Notes under the pieces: model-generated
Databases searched by the model: none
The model's input: only the letters and a program-made list of their open reading frames with translations
Told to the model about the DNA's origin: nothing
Translations under genes and position numbers: made by a program
Part shown: in pieces, positions 8,654 to 18,494 of the stretch
How positions within the stretch are numbered: the first letter of the stretch is position 1
Layout of the letters: every line of letters begins with the position of its first letter
IMG/VR virus record: IMGVR_UViG_3300012009_000091
Span: 64,001 to 128,000 of that record
Length of the DNA stretch: 64,000 bases
Reading direction: 5' to 3' (one strand)
Source: a virus

Positions 8654-11340
8654 TGGAGAAGTTCATCAAAATAGGCGCCAGCTCAGGGGGCCATTGGGAC
8701 TCATTTTACCACATCATGCGCGGAGATCGTGCGGACATGGTGAAATGGGCGGCTGCTGGAAGTTATCATCCACGTATCGAAAGATACCTTGCGACAGAGC
8801 CTTTTACTCGTCGTGACCTCGTGCTCGTCGTGGTTCCTTTAGGAGCTCATGAGGCTTGGGGCTGTAATGTCAATGGAGATGCATTCCAGCAAGAGCAGAT
8901 TGAGCCGGCTCATCGAGATTGGGGTCACGAGAGTTTCGTCCATCACGCCAATGCGTTTGTTCATCATCAGAACAAAGATCCACAGAAAGGATTCGGAAAA
9001 GTACCTATTGCGGTATTTGAACCCGTGATGCGGAGAATCGAAGCCGTCTTCAAGCTTGACCGAGACAAGGCGGATCGTGTCGGGGCTGGCACCTATGTCC
9101 GAAAGCTCGATGAGGGGGGGTCAGCTGATCTCAGCATGGGGTGTTTTCCGGCTGGCACGCTCGTTACTATGGCGGACGGTACTCAGAAACCAATCGAGAC
9201 GGTAGTGGTGGGGGATCTGGTTCTGACGAGTACAGGTCGAGCGCAGCGTGTAACGTCATTACACCCTCGTGAGTACGAGGGGCCACTACTGCGCATCAAA
9301 GTTTTTGGGCAGATAGAAGTGCGAGTTACTCCCGAACACCCGTTTTGGGCCACCCCCCGATCTTCGGTGATCAAAAATCGACGTTGGGTAGGAAAGGAGG
9401 ACGGCGCTCAGTGGGTACACGCAAAGTGTTTGCAGGAAGGGGATTATCTCACCACTCCCGTACTCCAAGAGGTTCTGACTCCGTCATATGCGTCACCTGC
9501 GCTGGCGCGACTGCTAGGATACTACCTCGCTGAGGGTCACGTACTCTATAATAAAAAAGGTGAGTACGTCGGCATCGAGCTGGCTGTAAATCGGATGGAC
9601 GCAGTGCTGGACGAGATCGAAAGCCTGTGTCGTGATTTCGGGTCCAGAAACGCGCCAGCTATCCGTCCACGCACAAATTCCAAACACGCGTTGGCAATTC
9701 AGATATTCGACCCACACTTGGCGGAGCTTTGTTTCAACCACTGTGGGAGTTACGCACGCCACAAGCGACTATCCGAAGATGTCATGTGGTGGGATCCAGA
9801 GTTGCAGCGACAATTGATTGGGGCCTACATTAATGGGGACGGGGGACAGTTGGAATCATGGCAACCTGGGGCTGTGGTCCTCTCCACGTTATCTGATCAT
9901 CTCGCCGCGCAGATCCCGCAGCTTCTCTTTCGTTGTGGCGTCAAATCCAACACTCAGTTGTTACGACATGAATCCGGAGGTGGATTCAATAGCAGTGCCA
10001 CCTTTGAACACCAGATCTACATCGGGAAACATCAAGTTCCGTCGTTGTTGGATGTAGCGCGTCTCAAAATGCCAGAACTGAGTCGTGATACGAACCCTGG
10101 GGCAAAGTTGGAAGGCGGCCTTGTCTTCTCGAAACTCCGAGAGATTTCCACGGAGTTTTTTCAAGGTACGGTATTCAACTTCGAGGTGGAAGAAGACGAG
10201 TCGTATGTGGTGGAGGGCCTAGCTGTACACAATTGCAAGGTGCCCTATGACATTTGTTCCATTTGCGGCCAGGAGTCTAAGTCTGTCGCGAATTATTGTA
10301 CCTGTCTCAAAGATGAGATGTTGAAGATCGAACCGGATGGTCGGATTCACTGTGCCTATAATCCTCGTCCTCGATTCTTCGATCTCAGCATTGTTATTGT
10401 TCGGGCAGCTAAAGAAGCTGCCATCCTAGAAAAGGCCGCGGCAGCGGGTATGGTCATGGATCAGAAAGACCCAGTAGATTGGACGACATCTTCCTTTTCA
10501 TTGGATGATGATTCTGGTCTTTATTTGACTAAAGCCGCCAGCGCGAAGGAAGCTGACACCAAACTAGCGGAAATCGAGAAGAAGCTCCCTGAAGTCTTCC
10601 ATGAGATGGTCTGGCCGATGATACGTTCTGAGGAGGCTCTCCCTGAGAGTCTTATGGATCGGTTGTCGGATCATACTCTCCCTAAAAGTCTGGCCTCTAC
10701 TTCTGCTTGTGGGATTGTCCTTCGCCCGCGTGAGTTCCAGCGTTTGTATCTTAGGCGAACAGGGCGCCCAGAAATGGCTGAGGAATTACACAAAAAGCGG
10801 TGTATTTTTTCTCCGCGTGATAGTCGCCATGCTTATCGTCTCCAATCGGATGACATAGAAGAGAAGATTCTCCCCTTGTTACACGATCTCCTCCCGAAGA
10901 GGAGCGTGTTCCAGCCGTTTGTGAGTAAGCGCATTATCATTGTTCGTCTTCGCGGGGAGAGGCCGACTGAACCAGAACTTGTAGAAAAAACCAGTGAGGC
11001 CCTTGACGAAGTCGGAGAAGAGTACGCAAAATATATCAACGGTCTGGCTCGCTTGCCATCTCTGCTTAAATCTGCGATGGTACGACATGGAGATCTTTAT
11101 GATGCATTTGCGGCAGAATCATATGACCCGATGCGAAAGGTCGCCGGATCTCTTGCATCTATCGTTGGGGCTGGTGTTGGTGTCGTATTGCCGGTATACT
11201 TGATGGCGTCAAAGTGGCGTGCAGATGCGACTCGTGGATATGATCCGGGACTACTTAAGGGAATTGTGGCTGATTACCCCGCCACAACATCCATTGGGGT
11301 GTTGACAGGCCTGCGTTATTTGGGCAAAAGAGGGAAGTGA
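8653..11340 (+). CDS. prohead (capsid maturation) serine protease, intein-containing, with long C-terminal extension
   Basis: NGDAF, FVHHQN and SMG motifs; predicted spliced junction SMG-CKVPYDICSICG; located upstream of the capsid genes. Confidence 0.75.
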   Translation: MEKFIKIGASSGGHWDSFYHIMRGDRADMVKWAAAGSYHPRIERYLATEPFTRRDLVLVVVPLGAHEAWGCNVNGDAFQQEQIEPAHRDWGHESFVHHANAFVHHQNKDPQKGFGKVPIAVFEPVMRRIEAVFKLDRDKADRVGAGTYVRKLDEGGSADLSMGCFPAGTLVTMADGTQKPIETVVVGDLVLTSTGRAQRVTSLHPREYEGPLLRIKVFGQIEVRVTPEHPFWATPRSSVIKNRRWVGKEDGAQWVHAKCLQEGDYLTTPVLQEVLTPSYASPALARLLGYYLAEGHVLYNKKGEYVGIELAVNRMDAVLDEIESLCRDFGSRNAPAIRPRTNSKHALAIQIFDPHLAELCFNHCGSYARHKRLSEDVMWWDPELQRQLIGAYINGDGGQLESWQPGAVVLSTLSDHLAAQIPQLLFRCGVKSNTQLLRHESGGGFNSSATFEHQIYIGKHQVPSLLDVARLKMPELSRDTNPGAKLEGGLVFSKLREISTEFFQGTVFNFEVEEDESYVVEGLAVHNCKVPYDICSICGQESKSVANYCTCLKDEMLKIEPDGRIHCAYNPRPRFFDLSIVIVRAAKEAAILEKAAAAGMVMDQKDPVDWTTSSFSLDDDSGLYLTKAASAKEADTKLAEIEKKLPEVFHEMVWPMIRSEEALPESLMDRLSDHTLPKSLASTSACGIVLRPREFQRLYLRRTGRPEMAEELHKKRCIFSPRDSRHAYRLQSDDIEEKILPLLHDLLPKRSVFQPFVSKRIIIVRLRGERPTEPELVEKTSEALDEVGEEYAKYINGLARLPSLLKSAMVRHGDLYDAFAAESYDPMRKVAGSLASIVGAGVGVVLPVYLMASKWRADATRGYDPGLLKGIVADYPATTSIGVLTGLRYLGKRGK
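9142..10233 (+). mobile_element. intein with LAGLIDADG homing endonuclease (364 aa)
   Basis: Block A CFPAGTLVTMADG, block B VTPEHPF, endonuclease blocks LLGYYLAEG and LIGAYINGDG, block F/G VFNFEVEEDESYVVEGLAVHN followed by +1 Cys. Confidence 0.95.
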
Positions 11341-11348
11341 GGTATCCG

Positions 11349-11639
11349 ATGGTCAACTCGCAAGAACAATTGGCCCAGGCAATTCGACAGTTGGTGAGTT
11401 CTGATGGACGGCTTACCAAGTATGCAGCTGCTCAACATCTCGTTCAGAACGAGCAGTTGATGAAGCTGGCACAAGATCGACAGTACTCTGATGAGCTACA
11501 GGGGCAGATCATGTTCGAATCCTTTCTCGATGAATTGGATAAGATCGCATCTGCTGAAATGGCCACAGGTGAACGTTTTTCTCTGACGGACTATGAGAAA
11601 CGCCATCCCCTCGAGTTCGTTCAATACGTATGGAGCTGA
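11349..11639 (+). CDS. small putative head interior protein
   Basis: KYA, KLA, KIA motifs; FLDELDKIA helix; GAGG RBS. Confidence 0.6.
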   Translation: MVNSQEQLAQAIRQLVSSDGRLTKYAAAQHLVQNEQLMKLAQDRQYSDELQGQIMFESFLDELDKIASAEMATGERFSLTDYEKRHPLEFVQYVWS

Positions 11640-11640
11640 G

Positions 11641-12432
11641 ATGTCAGGCGATATCCTTTCCAAGTTGTTCTCACAGATCCCTCCTGACCAAGGTGACTTT
11701 CAGAAGACCGCTGGACAATCGGCTCTAACCGACCAGATCCAAGGTTTCTTGGACATGTTCAAGGGTGCCGAAAACAACACCGAGTCGGTGGAAGAGCAAG
11801 CCGAAGAGAAGGCGAAAAAGAAAAAGGAAGAGGCGCGCGGAGCCGCTACGACTTCCGGGAAGGGAACTCAGAGTGAGATCCCGCCCGAATTTCTTGCTCA
11901 GCAAGAGAGTGAGGACAAGAAAAAAGAGGAAGGTTCTGAAAAGGAAGCTTCTTTGAGTCCGGGTGCCGTTCGACAAGCTATCGACTTTTTGGTGCAGAAC
12001 CAACTGCAGTCTTCTTCCGTCAAGCTCGCTGAGGATCAAAAGCGGACCAAGTTGGCCGCCGCTGCCGAGCTGTCTCAAACCAATTGGGGAGGGAAGGTCA
12101 AGGCGGCAGCGGCAGCTGATGAACTGGCCAAGATTGCCTACTATGAAGCGGTCGGTGTTCCCTTCGAGGCTTACTTGAAGATGGCGCAAGGCGCAGATCC
12201 AGCGGCGGCGATGGCTGCCGCAGCTCCGAGTGGTCCTCCGCCTGGAGGCCCCCAGGGACCTCCTCCGGGACCTCCTCCGGGTCCGCCAGCTGAAGGCCCT
12301 CCGGGACCAGGGCCGGGCGGCGGTCCGCCGGTAGATCCCAATGCGGTTCTCGAGGATCTGATGGCACTGCCTCCGGAGGTACAAGCTCAGATCCTCGCAG
12401 CCGTCAGCGGTGGCGGTGGCGGAGGACAGTAG
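11641..12432 (+). CDS. putative head core/scaffold-like protein, Pro/Gly-rich C-terminus
   Basis: Low complexity, about seven K-x-A motifs, GPPP repeats. Confidence 0.6.
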   Translation: MSGDILSKLFSQIPPDQGDFQKTAGQSALTDQIQGFLDMFKGAENNTESVEEQAEEKAKKKKEEARGAATTSGKGTQSEIPPEFLAQQESEDKKKEEGSEKEASLSPGAVRQAIDFLVQNQLQSSSVKLAEDQKRTKLAAAAELSQTNWGGKVKAAAAADELAKIAYYEAVGVPFEAYLKMAQGADPAAAMAAAAPSGPPPGGPQGPPPGPPPGPPAEGPPGPGPGGGPPVDPNAVLEDLMALPPEVQAQILAAVSGGGGGGQ

Positions 12433-12457
12433 TTCATCGAACAAGGGAGTCGCGAGG

Positions 12458-13429
12458 ATGAAGTTCTCACAAATCGAAGATATCATCGCCGAGTCGCTCG
12501 AGGCGGCCGAAGAGGAACGGCGTCAACATTTGAAGGTGGCGTCTGTTCCTATTTCAATAGAGGGTGCTGACCTCGATCATCAAGTCGAAAAGTTAGCAGC
12601 TGTTTACGACTATTTGGCTCGGGAGCCCGATGCCATCGCTAAAGTCTCGATGGCACCGCACAATGGGAGTAATTCCCCAGAAGTGCAACCGCCTACAGAC
12701 GAGTCTCGGAGCACCACTGAGATGATGAGTGCGCAGACCACGCCTAACAGTCCTCACACTGATCAGGACGGGGTTGTGTCTGAACCATCCACTGACGTGG
12801 ATCGAGCTACCGCTGACTTTCAAAGTCCAGAGCCGGTCTTGAAGCAGTCGTCAGATTTGCAAGCACATGTTTATGCGACTGCTCAGATCTTCGATGCGGC
12901 CAACAAAAACCGCATGCCTGATATTGATAAGATCGCCGCTGACTCTGGTCTCAGTCCGGATACTGTCCATGGGATCCTGAAGAACATTGTCAGTACCAAG
13001 AAGATGGCTCAGGAGGACATTCCGGCTGCGAAGGAGGAAGAGGAGGGGCCTCCTCCGAAAGAGGAAGGGAACGAAGGACAACAGCCGGCACCTGAACCGA
13101 CAGATCAGCCTCAAGAAAGTAAAGAGAAGGACAAAAAGTCGTCAGACCAGCCTTCTCCCAAAGTAGCCGGGGCGGAAAACGAGTCGGCTGCTTCGCCTAC
13201 CGAGTTCGCGGCTGGCGAGGGAGGGTCCACTTCTCCAGAAGCCCAGTCCTTTTTGTCTACCCACGAGGCGGCTATTTCCTTCAAAAAGAGGCAAGCTAAG
13301 TTGACGAGCAATCAGAAGGCCCTGAATGGCTTGTTTTCTACTAGTGCCTATCAAGACCCCGTCGTCCACCGGCACTTCGAACATGCCAATGAAGCCGGGG
13401 TAAAGACTACGCCGGGAGGGCAGTCATGA
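12458..13429 (+). CDS. putative scaffold/core protein
   Basis: Acidic and disordered-looking; KVA, KLA, KIA, KMA motifs; upstream of the capsid genes. Confidence 0.6.
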   Translation: MKFSQIEDIIAESLEAAEEERRQHLKVASVPISIEGADLDHQVEKLAAVYDYLAREPDAIAKVSMAPHNGSNSPEVQPPTDESRSTTEMMSAQTTPNSPHTDQDGVVSEPSTDVDRATADFQSPEPVLKQSSDLQAHVYATAQIFDAANKNRMPDIDKIAADSGLSPDTVHGILKNIVSTKKMAQEDIPAAKEEEEGPPPKEEGNEGQQPAPEPTDQPQESKEKDKKSSDQPSPKVAGAENESAASPTEFAAGEGGSTSPEAQSFLSTHEAAISFKKRQAKLTSNQKALNGLFSTSAYQDPVVHRHFEHANEAGVKTTPGGQS

Positions 13430-13806
13430 CTGATCAACGTCAAGAATTGTTTGCCAAAACGGCCCAGCTTCTGCGGAATTTGAATTCTGAAAGACTGGCC
13501 GTCATCCGCGAGCGAGACAACGCTCAAGAAAAGGTGGCGGACGCCGAGAAAAAAGATCGTGCATATGCGCTTGCCAAAACGGCCGTCACTCGTGGTATCA
13601 TTGATGATGACTTCGAGAGCGTGCAAAGCTTTGTTGATGATGTTCTCGATTCGAGTCGACCATTTGAGGTCATCGAAGAAGCGACCAAGATGGCGACAAG
13701 CAGTGCACAGTTCTCAGTCCGGGAAGTTCCGGAGGATGAGACAGGAACCGGCGGACGTCGGGTCGATGCTCTGACCAGCTTGATCATGGGGTCTGTAATC
13801 GAGTAG
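13426..13806 (+). CDS. putative scaffold protein (coiled coil)
   Basis: 126 aa helical ORF with four K-x-A motifs, directly before the decoration and capsid genes. Confidence 0.55.
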   Translation: MTDQRQELFAKTAQLLRNLNSERLAVIRERDNAQEKVADAEKKDRAYALAKTAVTRGIIDDDFESVQSFVDDVLDSSRPFEVIEEATKMATSSAQFSVREVPEDETGTGGRRVDALTSLIMGSVIE

Positions 13807-13833
13807 TGAACTCGAGAAGTAAGGAGAATAATC

Positions 13834-14331
13834 GTGTTGAAAGGATTTGGACACTTCCAGGTGCTGACCGCTGAGGAGTTCAACACTCGGTTCGCGCACA
13901 AAGTCGCTGATCCGACTCTACTGAGTCCTATGGACGCAGATGCGTTCGAGCAGGGTGAGTGGCTGAAACCCACCGCCGCTGACGGGACCAAGTTTGAGCG
14001 TGCGGGTGCAGGCGGCAATGGTCCGGGGATCGCATATCCCATAGCGGGCCGGAAAGGCGCGACTGACGCTCAGAGCCGCAAGAAGATCGAACTCTACGCG
14101 GTTTGGGAGCAGGCACACACCACCAGCTTCGATCCCAACGGTACCTACAATGTAGGTACTCCTCTTCGCGTGGAGCTCAAGGATATCGGCGGTGGGGTTA
14201 TGAGATCAGTTCTGACCGATGCTGCAGCCTCCGGTGAAGTTGTAGCAGAGGTGGAAGTACCTCCGGTTGCCCCGCTGACGGATTTCAACCAGATGCGGAT
14301 CAAACGGGCACGATATCAGTTGAATCCCTAG
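13834..14331 (+). CDS. putative capsid decoration/stabilising protein
   Basis: 165 aa beta-rich ORF immediately upstream of the major capsid gene; AAGGAG RBS. Confidence 0.55.
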   Translation: MLKGFGHFQVLTAEEFNTRFAHKVADPTLLSPMDADAFEQGEWLKPTAADGTKFERAGAGGNGPGIAYPIAGRKGATDAQSRKKIELYAVWEQAHTTSFDPNGTYNVGTPLRVELKDIGGGVMRSVLTDAAASGEVVAEVEVPPVAPLTDFNQMRIKRARYQLNP

Positions 14332-14373
14332 TCGGATTAGCTGAGAACGTTCCGAGGACACATCTTCAGGGAG

Positions 14374-15450
14374 ATGAATAGGATGAGTGGAACCAACGAC
14401 CCCATGCAGTTCAATCAGGCTTTCGTGGCCTATTTGGACAATGAAGGGGGAATGCAGAAGATGGCCGCAGCCGGTCGTGCTTTCGTACGTGATCACCTGA
14501 GAGAAGAGTCGGCAGCTCGTCGACTTCTTCCTCCGGAAAGGCTGTCGCCGCAGAGCCCCAGAGTAATTCCGTCGCTCAACTCCGACACGCTAGTTGTGCG
14601 GAAGGACCTTGAGCCTGGGAGCCGCGCCGTTTCATTGACATTTGGCGCTTCTCCTGCAGCCTCGATCGTCAGTACGCAGCGAATCGATATTCCGGTCTTC
14701 ACGATCAGCTCAGAGATGTTCCATATCCGCGAGCAGCATCTGTTGGCGTATGAGGCTCCAGTCACGCGACTCGTCGAAGATAACACTGGGAAGGACATCC
14801 AAGAGATCGAAGATCTCGAGTGGAGGACCTACTCGGAGGCGGCTGTCGTATCAACGGGTCGCGTGGTTCGAGGAGCACAGGCGGCGGCAGATGCTGCTGT
14901 TCACGGCAATGGCTCTGGATTTCGTGGCGAAATTGAGCGTCCGGATTTTGTGGACCTTGCCAACGTTATGTTGGATGACGGCAATCGGAAGCGTCTCAAC
15001 AAAATCTGGATGAACGACATCGACTTCAACACTATCTTGAAGTGGACGGTCGAAGATGTCGGATCGGCTCATCAGGGTGAGACGTTGGTCAAGGGGTACA
15101 CCTACGATAAGGTTCTGAACTACCTCATCGTGCGTACCATCAAGACCGACCTGCTTCAGACGGGCAACGTCTTTGGTTATGCCGAACCGGAGTTTCTCGG
15201 GTTCTTCTTCATCCTGAATGACGTGAAGTTCTACATCGACAAGGTGGCGAACCTCATTCGGTGGCAGGCCTGGGAAGACATCGCAATTTCCATTTCGAAC
15301 ATCTCCTCGGTTGCCAAGGGGGAGCTGTACAACGGTCAAGGTGGGGGGGACAACAGCCCCGACGCGTTGCCCGAGGAAGAGGACCTGTTCCAGCAGACGA
15401 ACCCGGTGTTCCAGGGTGGAACGGCGTTCCCGTCAGTCACTCTCTACTAA
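14374..15450 (+). CDS. major capsid protein (HK97-like fold, inferred)
   Basis: 358 aa; LREESAARRLLPP N-arm pattern; strongly biased codon use; follows protease, scaffold and decoration genes; KMA near the N-terminus. Confidence 0.75.
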   Translation: MNRMSGTNDPMQFNQAFVAYLDNEGGMQKMAAAGRAFVRDHLREESAARRLLPPERLSPQSPRVIPSLNSDTLVVRKDLEPGSRAVSLTFGASPAASIVSTQRIDIPVFTISSEMFHIREQHLLAYEAPVTRLVEDNTGKDIQEIEDLEWRTYSEAAVVSTGRVVRGAQAAADAAVHGNGSGFRGEIERPDFVDLANVMLDDGNRKRLNKIWMNDIDFNTILKWTVEDVGSAHQGETLVKGYTYDKVLNYLIVRTIKTDLLQTGNVFGYAEPEFLGFFFILNDVKFYIDKVANLIRWQAWEDIAISISNISSVAKGELYNGQGGGDNSPDALPEEEDLFQQTNPVFQGGTAFPSVTLY

Positions 15451-15484
15451 TCCAGAAGCAGAGAGTGCGATAAAGGAGGGCTCC

Positions 15485-16006
15485 ATGGCGCCCAAGAAAG
15501 AACGGCGCTTCCACATTCGGAACATTTCCGGTCGTCCGGGGGTAACGCGGACTATCATCCCTTATGGGGGTGTGTCTTCATTACCTCCCGGTACTCACCG
15601 GAGACGTAAGCCCCGACGTAAACCAGGAAGGCATACTGCCATCATTGCCGAATCCGAACTCCGGAGGCTGGTCGGGCTCTATCGAGCTGGGCAGATGAGT
15701 GTTGAGGCCATGGATGGCCTACCTCTTCCTTCTTGGTTGTCGTCTGTACCGCAGACGATAGAGACGGTGGTCGAACAGGAAGCCGATAAGGTCGAACAGG
15801 TCGAACAAAAAGTCGACCAGGTCGAGGCCACGATGGAGAAGCGAGGTGTCGTCTCTCCGTCTGACATGACGGTTTCAGAAATCGGGGTTTGGGCTATGCG
15901 ACAAGATCTCGAAAGCTTGAAAGCGGCCTTGAAGTTGGAATCCGATAACAAAGGTCGGAAAACAGCTTTGCAGGTTCTCCAAGATCGTATCGAGGAGCTG
16001 TCATGA
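15485..16006 (+). CDS. hypothetical virion-associated protein
   Basis: AAGGAGG RBS; basic N-terminus; short helical C-terminal module. Confidence 0.55.
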   Translation: MAPKKERRFHIRNISGRPGVTRTIIPYGGVSSLPPGTHRRRKPRRKPGRHTAIIAESELRRLVGLYRAGQMSVEAMDGLPLPSWLSSVPQTIETVVEQEADKVEQVEQKVDQVEATMEKRGVVSPSDMTVSEIGVWAMRQDLESLKAALKLESDNKGRKTALQVLQDRIEELS

Positions 16007-16182
16007 AAGCACGCAAGACAGTGGGCGTGGTTCAAGTAGCCGGAACCTTCCTGCGTCCAGGGGAAAACAAGATCGTAGATACCGACAAGATCACGCCTCA
16101 GCAGCGTAAGTGGCAGGGGTCGTTGATTGAGATCAGAGACATGGGCCACGGGAAGAGCCAAGTGGTTCGTCGCCCGGTCTAG
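16003..16182 (+). CDS. small hypothetical protein (59 aa, not in the ORF track)
   Basis: MKARKTVGVVQVAGTFLRPGENK...; ATGA overlap with the upstream stop; GAGGAG RBS; fills the gap. Confidence 0.55.
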   Translation: MKARKTVGVVQVAGTFLRPGENKIVDTDKITPQQRKWQGSLIEIRDMGHGKSQVVRRPV

Positions 16183-16194
16183 AGGGCCGGGTTA

Positions 16195-16683
16195 ATGACC
16201 GTCCAATCTCCAGCTCAAACTCTTCAAACCTTCGTTACCGAAGTCCGGAATTATCTCCGCGATTTTCCTTCTCTCAATCTTCTCTTAAACAATCAGGAGG
16301 AGACGTCTGATCGACAGCTCCTTTGGATTATTGCTGAGGTACTGGATGATTGGAACCAGTCTACGCCTCCGATCGGGTTCTTGGATATCAATCAGATCCC
16401 TCGAAGTTACCTCCTGAAGGGTGTCGTCGCTGAAGTTTTGATGTCGGTGGCTATCTTGAATCTTCGTAACTCCTTGCGATACACTGACGGACAGGTTACG
16501 GTGGACCTGGATAAGTATCAGCAGCTCATGGCTATGCGGCAGATATTGCGACAGGAGTACGAAGCGAAACGGAAGGCGTGGAAGACGTCTCGGAATTTGG
16601 AGATGGCTTTAAGTTCTTCCACTGGTGTACACTCTGAGTACTTCTACGTGAGCTGTGGGTGTTTCAGTACGTACACAGACTAG
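16195..16683 (+). CDS. putative head-tail adaptor (neck) protein
   Basis: 162 aa helical ORF downstream of the capsid gene with a YTDGQVTVD beta-hairpin like those of adaptors. Confidence 0.55.
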   Translation: MTVQSPAQTLQTFVTEVRNYLRDFPSLNLLLNNQEETSDRQLLWIIAEVLDDWNQSTPPIGFLDINQIPRSYLLKGVVAEVLMSVAILNLRNSLRYTDGQVTVDLDKYQQLMAMRQILRQEYEAKRKAWKTSRNLEMALSSSTGVHSEYFYVSCGCFSTYTD

Positions 16684-16693
16684 GAGAGATGAG

Positions 16694-17170
16694 ATGAACT
16701 TGTTCGAGCAACTCGTTCTGGGAAAGACGGCTGAAGAAGTTCCGTCGGCAATGACTGAACCGCAGACGGAAGAAGAACAGATCCGGGCTCTAGTCGATGA
16801 GCTGGATATGAACGACCTCTCCAACGAAGAGCTCTTGGAGCTGGCTGAGCAGGCCCGCGCTCAAGAGCTTCAGTTGACTGACGAAGACGACGAGGGCATG
16901 GAAGAGATGGACGCTGGAGCGAAAACTGCGTCTGTCGCAGACTATGAGCAATATGGAGAAGCGCTGAAGCAGGCCAATGCGTTCCTGGGTCGCGTCCGTG
17001 CTCATGCTTTCTGGGATGAACTCGAGAAGATCTCTCAATCTGATGATTTCTCGGAAGAGAAAAAGGACGAGAAGAAGAAGGACAAGAAGAAGAAAGAGGA
17101 GATGGAGAGTGAAAAAGAGGCGAGTTCCAAATTCGCCGAGGCGCTTCGTATCATCTCCGAAGGACTATAG
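16694..17170 (+). CDS. acidic putative head interior protein
   Basis: KTA twice, KQA, KEA; AFWDELEKIS helix. Confidence 0.6.
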   Translation: MNLFEQLVLGKTAEEVPSAMTEPQTEEEQIRALVDELDMNDLSNEELLELAEQARAQELQLTDEDDEGMEEMDAGAKTASVADYEQYGEALKQANAFLGRVRAHAFWDELEKISQSDDFSEEKKDEKKKDKKKKEEMESEKEASSKFAEALRIISEGL

Positions 17171-17179
17171 GAGAGCACA

Positions 17180-17677
17180 ATGAGCAATCTGTTCATGATT
17201 CCGTTTGTCGAACCCTCTCCGTCGGAAAAAACGGCTTCGGGTGGGCCTGACGAATACGCCCAAGTTTTGGTGTCTGGAGACCCCGAGTCAATCGCATCCA
17301 TCATGAGTGATGAGGATCTGGCCTTTCACAAGTTGGGTGAGGATCTGATGGAGAAATTGGCCGGAGGATCTCCTCTGACCGAGCAGGATGTTGATGTTCT
17401 GGATGACACTGAGGTCGCGGCCCTGTCACTCTTGAGTGATGGAAACGAGCCTGGACCTGAGATCATGTACAAAGTGGCTGCGTATCTCGAGTTCTACAAT
17501 GAACTCGCCGCCAATGAACGCGCTGGCCGTAACTTTGCGCGTGCGTATGTCCAGCAGCAGAAACTGGCTTCTGTCCGACAGGAAGAGGACGTCCAGAAGT
17601 TGGCCAATCATCCGGGTTTTCAGATGGCTATGGCGACGAAGGCACAGCAGATTCTCCACCACCGTGGAGTGAAGTAG
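17180..17677 (+). CDS. putative head interior protein
   Basis: KTA, KVA and three KLA motifs; AGGAG RBS. Confidence 0.6.
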   Translation: MSNLFMIPFVEPSPSEKTASGGPDEYAQVLVSGDPESIASIMSDEDLAFHKLGEDLMEKLAGGSPLTEQDVDVLDDTEVAALSLLSDGNEPGPEIMYKVAAYLEFYNELAANERAGRNFARAYVQQQKLASVRQEEDVQKLANHPGFQMAMATKAQQILHHRGVK

Positions 17678-17678
17678 C

Positions 17679-18482
17679 GTGCCGTACTCTGCTTTACAGT
17701 TGGGGAGAGCGCATCGCTATCAAGCGGATATGCCTCATCTTCCAGTTGAAGATCGAGCGAGGCATGAACATGCGGCGATGCAGTCCTTTGGGCAGAACCC
17801 AACAGGCTACGTAGCGGAAAGAGGACTTCGCGGTCTTCTCCCCATGGGAGCAACTACTGCTCTTGCGACTGCAGTGGCTGCTCCTAGATTTGCGAGGAAG
17901 TTTCAATACCAAGCGGCAGATGCTTTACATAATCAGGCTACAGGTAGTTGGTTGAGGCTGGCCGGCATACTAGAACCTGACGCCATCAAAGGAGAATTGG
18001 AAAAGCAGGTGGCTCGGCGCCGCTTCACGCAGAAAGGGGTGGACTTCATTGAGAAGGAGGTTCGGCCGCTCGCCGAGTCCCAAATGCAAGCGGCTGAGAA
18101 ACAATTGGGTCGAGTACCGGTTGACCCTTCGACCCTGTCTCGTTCGGTAGACAAACTTCCTACTCCTCAACGAAAGGCTGCGCGGAAAGAGCTGAGGTCT
18201 CTCATTCTGGGGTCTCAGAAAGCTCGTTATTACAAGACTCTCGGCGAGAAAGTATTCGGCCGTCTGCACAAACATAAGCTCCCTTTGATCGCTGGCGCTT
18301 CCATTTTGGGTGGCCTGATTGGTGCCGGAGCCGGAGCTGCTCGATTGTCGAAAGCGGAATCGAAAACGCCTGATGATTACCGAAGAGAGATCGCAGCAGC
18401 AGAAACGGAGCAGGCTATCAACTATCAGAAACCGCGCTCGACGCAAATTGCTGACGTAGCGTGGCAAGCTCTGGCGGAATAG
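17679..18482 (+). CDS. putative internal virion protein with glycine-zipper segment
   Basis: Basic; LIAGASILGGLIGAGAGAA segment. Confidence 0.5.
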   Translation: MPYSALQLGRAHRYQADMPHLPVEDRARHEHAAMQSFGQNPTGYVAERGLRGLLPMGATTALATAVAAPRFARKFQYQAADALHNQATGSWLRLAGILEPDAIKGELEKQVARRRFTQKGVDFIEKEVRPLAESQMQAAEKQLGRVPVDPSTLSRSVDKLPTPQRKAARKELRSLILGSQKARYYKTLGEKVFGRLHKHKLPLIAGASILGGLIGAGAGAARLSKAESKTPDDYRREIAAAETEQAINYQKPRSTQIADVAWQALAE

Positions 18483-18494
18483 GACTCGTGAACT

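Noticed and set aside
12225-12335. Collagen-like repeat
   Set aside because: GPPP spacing is not a sustained G-X-Y triplet; treated as a low-complexity linker.
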